NCBI GenBank assembly: GCA_964016885.1
Contig: OZ024740.1
Span: forward strand, 23,498,001-23,562,000
Direction: 5' to 3'
Length of the DNA: 64,000 bases
Origin: Eledone cirrhosa
Taxonomy: Eukaryota
Position numbers and translations under genes: made by a program. The notes below the pieces were generated by a model, which had not been told where the DNA came from, made no database searches, and saw only the letters and a list, made by a program, of their open reading frames with translations. Below are positions 39,001-51,184 of the stretch, in pieces. The stretch's first letter is position 1; each line of letters starts with the position of its first letter.

Positions 39001-42000
39001 TGATGTTTGCTGTCATTGTTGTTGGTTTTGTTGTTTGTGTTGTTCATCGTGATGCTGTTTGCTGTAATTGTTGTTGGTGTTGTTGTTAGTGTTGTTGGTC
39101 GTGATGCTGTTTGCTGTCATTGTTGTTGGTGTTGTTGTTAGTGTTGTTGGTCGTGATGCTGTTTGCTGTAATTGTTGTTGGTGTTGTTGTTAGTGTTGTT
39201 GGTCGGGATGCTGTTTGCTGTCATTGTTGTTGGTGTTGTTGTTTGTGTTGTTGATCGTGATGCTGTTTGCTGTAATTGTTGTTGGTGTTGTTGTTTGTGT
39301 TGTTGATCGTGATGCTGTTTGCTGTCATTGTTGTTGGTGTTGTTGTTTGTGTTGTTAGTCGTGATGCTGTTTGCTGTCATTGTTGTTGGTGTTGTTGTTA
39401 CTGTTGTTGATCGTGATGCTGTTTGCTGTCATTGTTGTTGGTGTTGTTGTTTGTGTTGTTGATCGTGATGCTGTTTGCTGTAATTGTTGTTGGTGTTGTT
39501 GTTAGTGTTGTTGGTCGTGATGCTGTTTGCTGTCATTGTTGTTGGTGTTGTTGTTACTGTTGTTGATCGTGATGCTGTTTGCTGTCATTGTTGTTGGTGT
39601 TGTTGTTTGTGTTGTTGATCGTGATGCTGTTTGCTGTAATTGTTGTTGGTGTTGTTGTTTGTGTTGTTGGTCGTGATGCTGTTTGCTGTCATTGTTGTTG
39701 ATGTTGTTGATAGTGTTGTAGATCGTGATGCTGTTTGCTGTCATTGTTGTTGGTGTTGTTGTTAGTGTTGTTGATCGTGATGATGTTTGCTGTCATTGTT
39801 GTTGGTGTTGTTGTTAGTGTTGTTGATCGTAATGCTGTTTGCTGTCATTGTTGTTGGTGTTGTTGTTAGTGTTGTTGATCGTGATGCTGTTTGCTGTCAT
39901 TGTTGTCGGTGTTGTTGTTAGTGTTGTTGATCGTGATGCTGTTTGCTGTCATTGTTGTTGGTGTTGTTGTTAGTGTTGTTGATCGTGATGCTGTTTGCTG
40001 ACATTGTTGTTGGTGTTGTTGTTAGTGTTGTTGATCGTGATGCTGTTTGCTGTCATTGTTGTCGGTGTTGTTGTTAGTGTTGTTGATCGTGATGCTGTTT
40101 GCTGTCATTGTTGTTGGTGTTGTTGTTAGTGTTGTTGATCGTGATGCTGTTTGCTGTCATTGTTGTCGGTGTTGTTGTTAGTGTTGTTGATCGTGATGCT
40201 GTTTGCTGTCATTGTTGTTGGTGTTGTTGTTAGTGTTGTTGATCGTAATGCTGTTTGCTGTCATTGTTGTTGGTGTTGTTGTTAGTGTTGTTGATCGAGA
40301 TGCTGTTTGCTGTCAATGTTGTTGGTGTTGTTGTTAGTGTTGTTGGTCGTGATGCTGTTTGCTGTCAATGTTGTTGGTGTTGTTGTTAGTGTTGTTGATC
40401 GTGATGCTGTTTGCTGTCATTGTTGTTGGTGTTGTTGTTAGTGTTGTTGGTCGTGATGCTATTTGCTGTCATTGTTGTTGGTGTTGTTGTTAGTGTTGTT
40501 GGTCGTGATGCTGTTTGCTGTCACTGTTGTTGGTGTTGTTGTTAGTGTTGTTGGTCGTGATGCTGTTTGCTGTCATTGTTGTCGGTGTTGTTGTTAGTGT
40601 TGTTGGTAGTGATGCTGTTTGCTGTAATTTTTGTTGGTGTTGTGTTAGTGTTGTTGGTCGTGATGCTGTTTGCTGTAATTGTTGTTGGTGTTGTTGTTTG
40701 TGTTGTTGATTGTGATGCTGTTTGCTGTCATTGTTGTTGGTGTTGTTGTTAGTGTTGTTGGTCGTGATGCTGTTTGCTGTAATTTTTGTTGGTGTTGTTG
40801 TTGATCGTGATGCTGTCATTGTTGTTGGTGTTGTTGTTAGTGTTGTTGGTGTTGTTGTTAGTGTTGTTGGTCGTGATGCTGTTTGCTGTCATTGTTGTTG
40901 GTGTTGTTGTTAGTTTTGTTGATCGTGATGCTGTTTGCTGTCATTGTTGTTCGTGTTGTTGTTAGTGTTGTTGATCGTGATGCTGTCATTGTTGTTGGTG
41001 TTGTTGTTAGTGTTGTTGGTGTTGTTGTTAGTGTTGTAGATCGTGATGATGGTTGCTGTCATCGTTGTTGGTATTGTGGTTAGTGTTGTTGATCGTGATG
41101 CTGTTTGCTGTCATTGTTGTTGGTGTTGTTGTTAGTGTTGTTGATCGTGATGCTGTTTGCTGTCATTGTTGTTGGTGTTGTTGTTAGTTTTGTTGATCGT
41201 GATGCTGTTTGCTGTCATTGTTGTTCGTGTTGTTGTTAGTGTTGTTGGTCGTGATGCTGTTTGCTGTCATTGTTGTTGGTGTTGTTGTTAGTGTTGTTGG
41301 TCGTGATGCTGTTTGCTGTAATTGTTGTTGGTGTTGTTGTTAGTGTTGTTGGTCGTGATGCTGTTTGCTGTCATTGTTGTTGGTGTTGTTGATTGTGTTG
41401 TTGATCGTGATGCTGTTTTCTGGCATTGTTGTTGGTGTTGTTGTTTGTGTTGTTGAACGTGATGCTGTTTGCTGTCATTGTTGTTGGTGTTGTTAGTGTT
41501 GTTGGTCGTGATTCTGTTTGCTGTCATTGTTGTTGGTGTTGTTGTTAGTGTTGTTGGTCGTGATTCTGTTTGCTGTCATTGTTGTTGGTGTTGTTGTTAG
41601 TGTTGTTGGCGTTGTTCTTAGTGTTGTTGGTCGTGATGCTGTTTGCTGTAATTGTTGTTGGTGTTGTTGTTTGTGTTGTTGATCGTGATGCTGTTTGCTG
41701 TAATTGTTGTTGGTGTTGTTGTTAATGTTGTTGGTCGTGATGCTGTTAGCTGTCATTGTTGTTGTTGTTGTTAGTGTTGTTGGTCGTGATGCGGTTTGCT
41801 GTAATTGTTATTGGTGTTGTTGTTTGTGTTGTTGATCGTGATGCTGTTTGCTGTAATTATTGTTGGTGTTGTTGTTAGTGTTGTTGGTCGTGATGCTGTT
41901 TGCTGTCATTGTTGTTGGTGTTGTTGTTTGTGTTGTTGATCGTGATGTTGTTTGCTGTAATTGTTGTTGGTGTTGTTGTTAGTGTTGTTGATCGTGATGT

Positions 42001-45000
42001 TGTTTGCTGTCATTGTTGTTGGTTTTGTTGTTAGTGCTGTTGGTCGTGATGCTGTTTGCTGTCATTGTAGTTGGTGTTGTTGTTAGTGTTGTTGATCGTG
42101 ATGCTGTTGGCTGTCATTGTTGTTGGCGTTGTTCTTAGTGTTGTTGGTCGTGATGCTGTTTGCTGTCAATGTTGTTCGTGTTGTTGTTAGTGTTGTTGAT
42201 CGTGATGCTGTTTGCTGTCATTGTTGTTCGTGTTGTTGTTAGTGTTGTTGATCGTGATTCTGTTTGCTGTCATTGTTGTTGGTGTTGTTGTTAGTGTTGT
42301 TGGTGTTGTTGTTAGTGTTGTTGGTCGTGATTCTGTTTGCTGTCATTGTTGTTGGTGTTGTTGTTAGTGTTGTAGATCGTGATGATGGTTGCTGTCATCG
42401 TTGTTGGTATTGTGGTTAGTGTTGTTGATCGTGATGCTGTTTGCTGTCATTGTTGTTGGTGTTGTTGTTAGTGTTGTTGATCGTGATGCTGTTTGCTGTC
42501 ATTGTTGTTGGTGTTGTTGTTAGTTTTGTTGATCGTGATGCTGTTTGCTGTCATTGTTGTTCGTGTTGTTGTTAGTGTTGTTGATCGTGATGCTGTTTTC
42601 TGTCATTGTTGTTGGTGTTGTTATTAGTGTTGTTGGTCGTGATGCTGTTTGCTTTCAATGTTGCTGGTGTTGTTGTTAGTGTTGTTGATCGTGATGCTGT
42701 CTGCTTTCATTGTTGTTCGTGTTGTTGTTAGTGTTGTTGGTCGTGATACTATTTGCTGTCATTGTTGTTGGTGTTATCGTTAGTGTTGTTGATCGTGATG
42801 CTGTTTGCTGTCATTGTTGTTGGTGTTATCGTTAGTGTTGTTGATCGTGATGCTGTTTGCTGTCATTGTTGTTGGTGTTGTTACTAGTGTTGTTGGTCGT
42901 GATGCTGTTTGCTGTCATTGTTGTTGGTGTTGTTGTTAGTGTTGTTGATCGTGATGCTGTTTGCTGTCATTGTTGATTGTGTTGTTGTTAGTGTGTTTGG
43001 TCGTGATGCTGTTTGCTGTCATTGTTGTTGGTGTTGTTGTTAGTGTTGTTGGTCGTGATGCTGTTTGCTGTCATTGTTGTTGGTGTTATTGTTAGTGTTG
43101 TTGGTCGTGATGCTGTTTGCTGTCATTGTTGTTGGTGTTGTTGTTAGTGTTGTTGATCGTGATGCTGTTTGCTGTCATTGTTGTTGGTGTTGTTGTTAGT
43201 GTTGTTGATCGTGATGCTGTTTGCTGTCATTGTTGTTGGTGTTATTGTTAGTGTTGTTGGTCGTGATGCTGTTTGCTGTCATTGTTGTTGGTGTTGTTGT
43301 TAGTGTTGTTGATCGTGATGCTGTTTGCTGTCATTGTTGTTGGTGTTGTTGTTTGTGTTGTTGATCGTGATGTTGTTTGCTGTAATTGTTGTTGGTGTTG
43401 TTGTTTGTGTTGTTGATCGTGATGCTGTTTGCTGTAATTGTTGTTGGTGTTGTTGTTAGTGTTGTTGGTCGTGATGCTGTTTGCTGTCATTTTTGTTGGT
43501 GTTGTTCTTAGTGTTGTTGGTCGTGATGCTGTTTGCTGTCATTGTTGTTGGTGTTGTTGTTAATGTTGTTGGTCGTGATGTTGTTTGCTGTAATTGTTGT
43601 TGGTGTTGTTGTTTGTGTTGTTCATCGTGATGCTGTTTGCTGTAATTGTTGTTGGTGTTGTTGTTAGTGTTGTTGGTCGTGATGCTGTCTGCTGTCATTG
43701 TTGTTGGTGTTGTTGTTTGTGTTGTTGATCGTGATGCTGTTTGCTGTAATTGTTGTTGGTGTTGTTGTTTGTGTTGTTCATCGTGATGCTGTTTGCTGTA
43801 ATTGTTGTTGGTGTTGTTGTTAGTGTTGTTGGTCGTGATGCTGTCTGCTGTCATTGTTGTTGGTGTTGTTGTTTGTGTTGTTGATCGTGATGCTGTTTGC
43901 TGTCATTGTTGTTGGTGTTGTTGTTAGTGTTGTTGGTCTGGTTACTGTTTGCTGTCATTGTTGTTCGTGTTGTTGTTAGTGTTGTTGGCCGTGATTCTGT
44001 TTGCTGTCATTGTTGTTGGTGTTGTTGTTAGTGTTGTTGGTCGTGATGCTGTTTGCTGTCAATGTTGTTCGTGTTGTTGTTAGTGTTGTTGATCGTGATT
44101 CTGTTTGCTGTCATTGTTGTTGGTGTTGTTGTTAGTGTTGTTGGCGTTGTTCTTAGTGTTGTTGGTCGTGATGCTGTTTGCTGTAATTGTTGTTGGTGTT
44201 GTTGTTTGTGTTGTTGATCGTGATGCTGTTTGCTGTAATTGTTGTTGGTGTTGTTGTTAGTGTTGTTGGTCGTGATGCTGTTTGCTGTCATTGTTGTTGG
44301 TGTTGTTGTTAGTGTTGTTGATCGTGATGCTGTTTGCTGTAATTGTTGTTGGTGTTGTTGTTAGTGTTGTTGGTCGTGATGCAGTTTGCTGTCATTGTTG
44401 TTGGTGTTGTTGTTAGTGTTGTTGATCGTGATGCTGTTTGCTGTAATTGTTGTTGGTGTTGTTGTTAGTGTTGTTGATCGTGATGCTGTTTGCTGTAATT
44501 GTTGTTGGTGTTGTTGTTAGTGTTGTTGGTCGTGATGCAGTTTGCTGTCATTGTTGTTGGTGTTGTTGTTAGTGTTGTTGATCGTGATGCTGTTTGCTGT
44601 CATTGTTGTTGGTGTTGTTGTAAGTGTTGTTGATCGTGATGCTGTTTGCTGTAATTGTTGTTGGTGTTGTTGTTTGTGTTGTTGGTCGTGATGCAGTTTG
44701 CTGTCATTGTTGTTGGTGTTGTTGTTTGTGTTGTTGATCGTGATGCTGTTTGCTGTCATTGTTGTTGGTGTTGTTGTTTGTGTTGTTGATCGTGATGCTG
44801 TTTGCTGTCATTGTTGTTGGTGTTGTTGTTAGTGTTGTTGTTCGTGATGCTGTTTGCTGTCATTGTTGTTGGTGTTGTTGTAAGTGTTGTTGATCGTGAT
44901 GCTGTTTGCTGTCATTGTTGTTGGTGTTGTTGTTAGTGTTGTTGATCGTGATGCTGTTTGCTGTCATTGTTGTTGGTGTTGTTGTTTGTGTTGTTGATCG

Positions 45001-46190
45001 TGATGCTGTTTGCTGTAATTGTTGTTGGTGTTGTTGTTAGTGTTGTTGGTCGTGATGCAGTTTGCTGTCATTGTTGTTGGTGTTGTTGTTAGTGTTGTTG
45101 GTCGTGATGCTGTTTGCTGTCATTGTTGTTGGTGTTGTTGTTTGTGTTGTTGGTCGTGATGCTGTTTGCTGTCATTGTTGTTGGTGTTGTTGTTTGTGTT
45201 GTTGATCGTGATGCTGTTTGCTCTAATTGTTGTTGGTGTTGTTTGTGTTGTTGATCGTGATGCTGTTTGCTGTAATTGTTGTTGGTGTTGTTGTTAGTGT
45301 TGTTGGTCGTGATGCTGTTTTCTGTCATTGTTGTTGGTGTTGTTGTTTGTGTTGTTGATCGTGATGCTGTTTGCTGTAATTGTTGTTGGTGTTGTTTGTG
45401 TTGTTGATCGTGATGCTGTTTGCTGTAATTGTTGTTGGTGTTGTTGTTAGTGTTGTTGGTCGTGATGCTGTTTGCTGTCATTGTTGTTGGTGTTGCCGTT
45501 ACTGTTGTTGGTCGTGATGCTGTTTGCTGTAATTGTTGTTGGTGTTGTTGTTAGTGTTGTTGGTCGTGATGCAGTTTGCTGTCATTGTTGTTGGTGTTGT
45601 TGTTAGTGTTGTTGATCGTGATGCTGTTTGCTGTCATTGTTGTTGGTGTTGTTGTTTGTGTTGTTGATCGTGATGCTGTTTTCTGGCATTGTTGTTGGTG
45701 TTGTTGTTTGTGTTGTTGATCGTGATGCTGTTTGCTGTAATTGTTGTTGGTGTTGTTGTTAGTGTTGTTGGTCTGGTTACTGTTTGCTGTCATTGTTGTT
45801 GGTGTTGTTGTTAGTGTTGTTGGTGTTGTTGTTAGTGTTGTTGGTCGTGATTCTGTTTGCTGTCATTGTTGTTGGTGTTGTTGTTAGTGTTGTTGGTCGT
45901 GATGCTCTTTGCTTTCAATGTTGCTGGTGTTGTTGTTAGTGTTGTTGATCGTGATGCTGTTTGCTGTCATTGTTGTTGGTGTTGTTGTTAGTGTTGTTGA
46001 TCGTGATGCTGTTTGCTGTCATTGTTGTTGGTGTTGTTGTTAGTGTTGTTGGTCGTGATGCTGTTTGCTGTCATTGTTGTTGGTGTTGTTGTTAGTGTTG
46101 TTGGTCGTGATGCTGTTTGCTGTCATTGTTGTTGGTGTTGTTGTTAGTGTTGTTGGTCGTGATACTGTTTGCTGTCAATGTTGTTGTTGT
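1..46190. repeat. 52-bp tandem satellite array (open at left window edge), consensus CGTGATGCTGTTTGCTGTCATTGTTGTTGGTGTTGTTGTTAGTGTTGTTG(G/A)T
   Basis: Monomer read directly; repeats head-to-tail without interruption; length/52 gives roughly 880-890 copies. + strand consensus is 45/52 G+T. Length variants of 49, 51, 40 and 73 bp and recurrent substitutions (GGTCG/GATCG, CATT/CAAT/AATT, GTTGTT/GTCGTC, TTAG/TTTG). Confidence 0.99.
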
Positions 46191-46370
46191 TGCTGTTGTT
46201 GTTTTTGATATCACTATTGTCATTTATGGTTGTTGTTGTCATTGGTTTTCTTGTCGTAGGGATAGCAATGCTGTTGTTCTCGTCGTTGTTGTTCTTGTTT
46301 TTGTTGCTGTTTTTGAAATCACTCTTCTAGTTTGTTGTTGATGTTGTGGTTGTTGTTGTTGTAATTGTTT
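46191..46370. repeat. Degenerate (GTT)n simple repeat bordering the satellite
   Basis: GTT triplets with substitutions; 52-bp periodicity lost. Confidence 0.85.
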
Positions 46371-46380
46371 TCTTTTTTTT

Positions 46381-46437
46381 CTTCTTCTTCTTCTTCTTCT
46401 TCTTCTTCTTCTTCTTCTTCTTCTTCTTCTTCTTCTT
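46381..46437. repeat. (CTT)n microsatellite
   Basis: Near-perfect CTT run. Confidence 0.98.
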
Positions 46438-46454
46438 TCACTTCAATGTTCTAA

Positions 46455-46768
46455 ACACGATCAACACCATCACTGTCCCCACCGAAACCACTAAACTACC
46501 ATCAACACCACCACCAACACTACCACCACCATCAACACCATCACGATCACCACCGCGACCACCAACACCACCACCACCTCCACCACCATCACCACGACGA
46601 CGACCACCACTATAACTCCAACACCAGCACCACCGCCACCACTACTGCCACCACCACCTCCACCATTAACACCACCACCACCACCACCACCGTCACGATC
46701 ACCACCACCACCACCACCATCAACACCACCACCGTCACCATCACCACCACCACCACCACCACCACCGC
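46455..46768. repeat. Degenerate (CAC)n simple repeat
   Basis: CAC/CCA triplets with CAT, CAA, CGA variants. Confidence 0.95.
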
Positions 46769-46773
46769 TATAA

Positions 46774-47085
46774 CAGGAAGAGGAAATAGGGGAGGCGACA
46801 AGATAAAAAGAAGGAACTGTAGAAGAAAATGCGGAAGAAGTTGAAGTAGAAGGGGAGGAAGACAAAGAAAACGAAGTGACATAATAAAGAGGAAAAGAGA
46901 GGGAGAGAGGTGGGAGGGGGAAAGTAGGAGTAGAAGTGGAGGAGACGAAGAAAATAACAAGAAATTGAAGTAGAATAATGAGGAAGGGGATGAGGATGAG
47001 GGGGAGGAGAAGGGGTAGGAGGAGGAGGAGGAGGAGAAGAAAAAGAAGAACATGACGATGATTATGACGATGATGATGATGATGA
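46774..47085. repeat. Polypurine (GAA/GAG) low-complexity tract followed by (GAT)n
   Basis: Almost purine-only + strand to ~47050, then GAT triplets. Confidence 0.9.
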
Positions 47086-47092
47086 GAAGATG

Positions 47093-47242
47093 AACAACAC
47101 CATCAACAACAACAACAACAACATCACCACCACCACCAGCAACAACAACATCACCAACACCACCAACAACAACAACACCAAACACAACAACAACAACAAC
47201 AACAACACCAACACCAACACCAACAGCAACAACAACAACAAC
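47093..47242. repeat. (CAA)n/(CAC)n microsatellite
   Basis: CAA triplets with CAC/CAG interruptions. Confidence 0.95.
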
Positions 47243-47570
47243 ATGTAGCAGAAGATCTTGTAACACTAGGAAGTAATACTAGATAAGGCAGGAGGAACGA
47301 GACGAGGCTTGGTTGAGAAGACTGTTTCTACAAAGCAAGACTAATCGATAATACGGCGCTTTGATAAGTGACTTAGAAGACGTAAATAATGCATCGACAC
47401 CTGTTATGGCTCATGGCTGTTTTTCAGAAACTAAATTAGTCATGTGACAGAAATATGGGTGGTAAGGGTAAGGGGGCTGGTTGGTTAATGTTTGTAATAT
47501 CATAGGGAATGCCGGGAAAATGGTTAGGATAAGGGTAGGAAGAGATCGGGAGAAGAAAATGTCGACGAGT

Positions 47571-48462
47571 ATGATGATGATGGCGATGATGGTGGTGGTG
47601 GTGAATGTGGTAGTGATGGTGGTGGTGGTGGTGTTGGTTGTATTGGTGGTGGTGATGGTAGTGGTGGTGGTAATGGTGGTGGTGGTGGTGGTGGAGTTAG
47701 TGGTGGTGATCGTGGTGTTAATGGTGTTGGTGGTGGTGGTGGTGGTGGTGGTGATGGTGGTGGTGGTGGTAGTGGTGGTGGTGGTGGTGATAGTGGTGGT
47801 GGTGGTGGTCGTGGTGGTGGTGGTGATTGTGGTGGTGGTGGTGGTGGTAGTAGTGGTGGTCGTGGTGGTGGTTGTGGTGGTGGTAGTGGTGGTGGTCGTG
47901 GTGGTGATGGTGTTGGTGGTGGTGGTGATTGTGGTGGTAGTGGTGGTGGGGGTGGTAGTGGTGGTGGTCGTGGTGGTAGTGGTGGTGATGGTGGTTGTGG
48001 TGGTAGTGGTGGTCGTGGTGTCATGGCTGTGGTGGTGGTGGTGGTGGTGGTGGTCGTCGTCGTCGTCGTGGTAGTGGTGGTGGTTGTGGTGGTGATGGCG
48101 GTGGTGGTCGTGGTGGTGATGGTGGTGGTGTTGGTGGTGGTGGTGATGGTCGTGGTGGTGGTAGTGGTCGCGATCGTGGTGGTGATGGTGGTGGTTATGG
48201 TGGTTGTAGTGGTGGTAGTAGTGGTGGTGGTGGTTGTGATGGTGATGGTGGTGGTGGTGGTGATGGTGGTGGTGTTTGTGGTGGTGGTATTCGTGGTGGT
48301 AGTGGTGGTAGTGGGTGGTGGTGGTGGTGGTGTTGGTGGTGTTGGTGGTGGTGGTGGTGGTAGTGGTTGTGGTGGTGGTGGTGTTGGTGTTGGTAGTGGC
48401 GGTGGTGGTGGTGGTAGTGGTGATAGTTGTGGTTCTGATAGTGGTGGTGGTAGTGGTGGTGG
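47571..48462. repeat. Degenerate (GGT)n simple repeat
   Basis: About 0.9 kb of GGT with GAT/AGT/CGT/TGT variants. Confidence 0.97.
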
Positions 48463-49298
48463 GTGTGTGTGTGTGTATGTGGGGGGATGGTGGTGTGTGT
48501 GATCGGGATGGTGTGTTTGTTGGGGGGGTCGGGATGGTGTGTTTGTTGGGGGGGATGGTGTGTGTGGTGGGGATGGTGTGTGTGTGTGTGGTGGGGATGG
48601 TGTGTGTGGGGGGGTGGGGGTGGGAGGGGGGATGGTGTATGTGTGTGTGGTGGGGGATGGTGTGTGTGTGTCGTGGGGATGGTGTGCGTGTGTAGTGGTG
48701 GGTGGGGATGGTGTGTGTGTTGTGGTGAGGATGGTGTGTGTGTCGTCGGGATGGTGTATGTGGTGGGGATGGTGTGTGTGGTGGGGATGGTGTGTGTGAG
48801 GTGGGGATGGTATATGTGGTGGGGATGGTGTGTGTGAGGTGGGGATGGTTTGTGTGGTGGGGATGGTGTATATGGTGAGGATGGTGTGTGTGTGTGGGAA
48901 TGGTGTGTGTGGTGGGGATGGTGTGTGTGAGGTGGGGATGGTGTGTGTGAGGTGGGGATGGTGTGTGTGGTGGGGATGGTGTGTGTGTGGTGGGATGGTG
49001 TATGTGTGGTGGGGATGGTGTGTGGGGTGGGGATGGTGAGTGTGAAGTGGGGATGGTGTGTGGGGTGGGATGGTGTATGTGTGGTGGGGAGGGTGTGTGA
49101 GGTAGGGATGATGTGTGTGGTGGGGATGGTGTATGTGTGGTGGGGATTGTGTGTGAGGTGTGGATGATGTGTGTGGTGTGGATGGTGTGTGTGCGGTGGA
49201 GAAGGTGTGTGTGAGGAGGGAATGGTGTGTGTGGTGAGGATGGTGTGTGTGGGTGTGGTCGGGATGGTGGTGTGTGTGTGAGGTGGGGTGAGGGTGGT
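48463..49298. repeat. G-rich minisatellite, unit ~GTGTGT(G/GA)GGTGGGGATG (16-20 bp)
   Basis: Recurrent GGGGATGGTGTGTGT core with variable GT number; diverges to the right. Confidence 0.93.
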
Positions 49299-49942
49299 AA
49301 ACTGTATGTTGTAGTCAATGGACGGACTATGTAGCTGCCTTCAGCAGTAGATTACCAATTAACTGCGATACCTAATGATCCACAGAACGGTTCTGGATAT
49401 TATCCTTGTCCAAGAGAAACCAGCAGACCTTTCACTGTGAAGTACATTAATCATGAGAGATTGAAGTCTTTCGGGAGACTTTTAGACAGGTTTTTGGTCT
49501 CAACAAATTACCATTGATGTGGAAGGTTGGCTGTTGAACTGAGAATCATGTGACGTTCCAGATTCCTATATGTGTCCTTGTGTGGTGTAGTTATGATCTG
49601 TTGGTAGGGAGATGATTGGCTTTTCTTTTCTTCTGTTTTTAGAGACCTAAGACTGACATCATAGCTATTTCAACTCCAGCCATTTAACATAGTAATTCAA
49701 TATAATTGTTTTCTCTTTCTCAATAAATATAATTTCAATTATTGGTGTGCTAACAGTGTTTTGAATCAATGTTGTAATGTACTATAGAATATATCTATAG
49801 ATCTTTAGTTAACACTGTCTCGATATTTTCTATATAGTAATTAGTTTCTAAACCGCTATATTATATAAGACTTATGAGGGAAATACAACAGTGGTAGCTG
49901 TTTTATGTTACACTGTATTTCAGAATACACCTATACATTGAA

Positions 49943-50212
49943 GGGCTGTGTCTTAGCGGTTATCGTGTTCAGCTCACAATTGTATGGACACGGTTTCGAT
50001 TCCTGGTGATGTGTTGTGTCTTAGAACAAGATACTTTATTTCATAATGTCCCACTGTACATTTAGTTTAATAAGTCGGCTTGGTCACTCATTCGATCACT
50101 CTGAAATTCTCTGAGAAGGACGTTAAGGGTATACGTGTTACTGAAATACCCAGTTACTTGCACGTTTATTTCACAAGCAGGTTTTCATAATTACTGGAAC
50201 ATTTACCGTCGG
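49943..50212 (+). mobile_element. Diverged tRNA-derived SINE
   Basis: tRNA-like head (CTTAGCGGTTA...; B-box-like GTTTCGATTCC ~49991-50003) followed by TTGTGTCTTAGAACAAGATACTTTATTTCA and ACTTGCACGTTTATTTCACAAGCAGG segments that I recall from octopus SINEs; family not verified. Confidence 0.7.
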
Positions 50213-50268
50213 ATAAAAAGGTGTACTGGTTTTCTCTTGGACGCAACACGTCTATACATTGTAGTCAA

Positions 50269-50993
50269 CGAGGTTAACTTTGCCTTTCATCCTTACAGGG
50301 TCGATAAAATAAAGTACCAGTAATGCACTGGGTATTTGCTGGCCTTGTGCCACACGTAGAAACAATTATATGTAGGGCGGCGATTTGGCAGTATCGGTAG
50401 AGGGCTGGATGTCATGCTTTCTAGCATAGTTACGTCCTATTACGGTCTGAGTTCAAATCCCGCCGAGGTTAACTCTCATCCTTACAGGGTCGATAAAATA
50501 AAGTACCAGTAATGCACTGGGTAATTGCTGGCTTTGTTCTAAAAGTAGAAACAATTATATGTAATGGGGTGGTGAATTTTCAGTATCGGTAGAGGGTCGG
50601 ACGCCATGCTTTCTAGCATAGTTACGTCCCTTTACAGTCTGAGTTCAAATCCCGTTAAGGTTAACTTTCATCTTTACGGGGTCGATAAAATAAAGGGCCA
50701 GTAATGTACTGGGTAATTGCTGGCCTTGTGCCTAATGTAGAAACAATTATATGTAATAGATGTAAGGGCAGCGGATTGGTGTATCAGTAGAGCGTCGGAC
50801 GCCATGTTTTGCAGCATAGTTACGGCCCTTTAGGATCTGAGTTCAAATCCCGCGAAGGTTAGCTTTGCCTTTCATCCTTACGGGGTCGATATACTAAAGT
50901 ACCAGTAATGAACTGGAGTCGATTTAATCGACTCCCCTCCCCCCTAAATTGCTGCCCTTGTGCCTAAATAAGAAACCATTATATGTAATAGAT
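50269..50993 (+). mobile_element. Tandem cluster of four tRNA-derived SINE copies (50269-50374 partial, 50375-50565, 50566-50765, 50766-50993)
   Basis: Each full unit: GGG start, A-box-like TGGCAGTATCGG, B box GTTCAAATCC, CTTTCATCCTTACRGGGTCGATAAAATAAAGTACCAGT, tail AGAAACAATTATATGTA. Confidence 0.9.
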
Positions 50994-51058
50994 ATAGTAG
51001 ACATATAAATACATACATATATATGCATGAATGTATAATATATATATATATATATAAT

Positions 51059-51184
<126 letters not shown>

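Noticed and set aside
1-46190. CRISPR array or telomeric repeat
   Set aside because: No unique spacers or cas genes; no TTAGGG/TTAGG units, and the G/T-rich strand runs toward the non-satellite flank.
1095-46341. Many 60-180 aa ORFs in the satellite (Leu/Val/Cys-rich or Thr/Asn/Gln-rich)
   Set aside because: They arise wherever a variant removes the recurring stop or a 1-bp deletion shifts frame; no coding evidence.
47411-49318. 635-aa His/Thr/Pro-rich mucin-like ORF on the minus strand
   Set aside because: Translation of (CAC)n and a minisatellite that lack stops by composition; non-ATG start; all frames similarly open.
50375-50470. Genuine tRNA genes
   Set aside because: A/B-box-like motifs only, no cloverleaf; embedded in SINE bodies.
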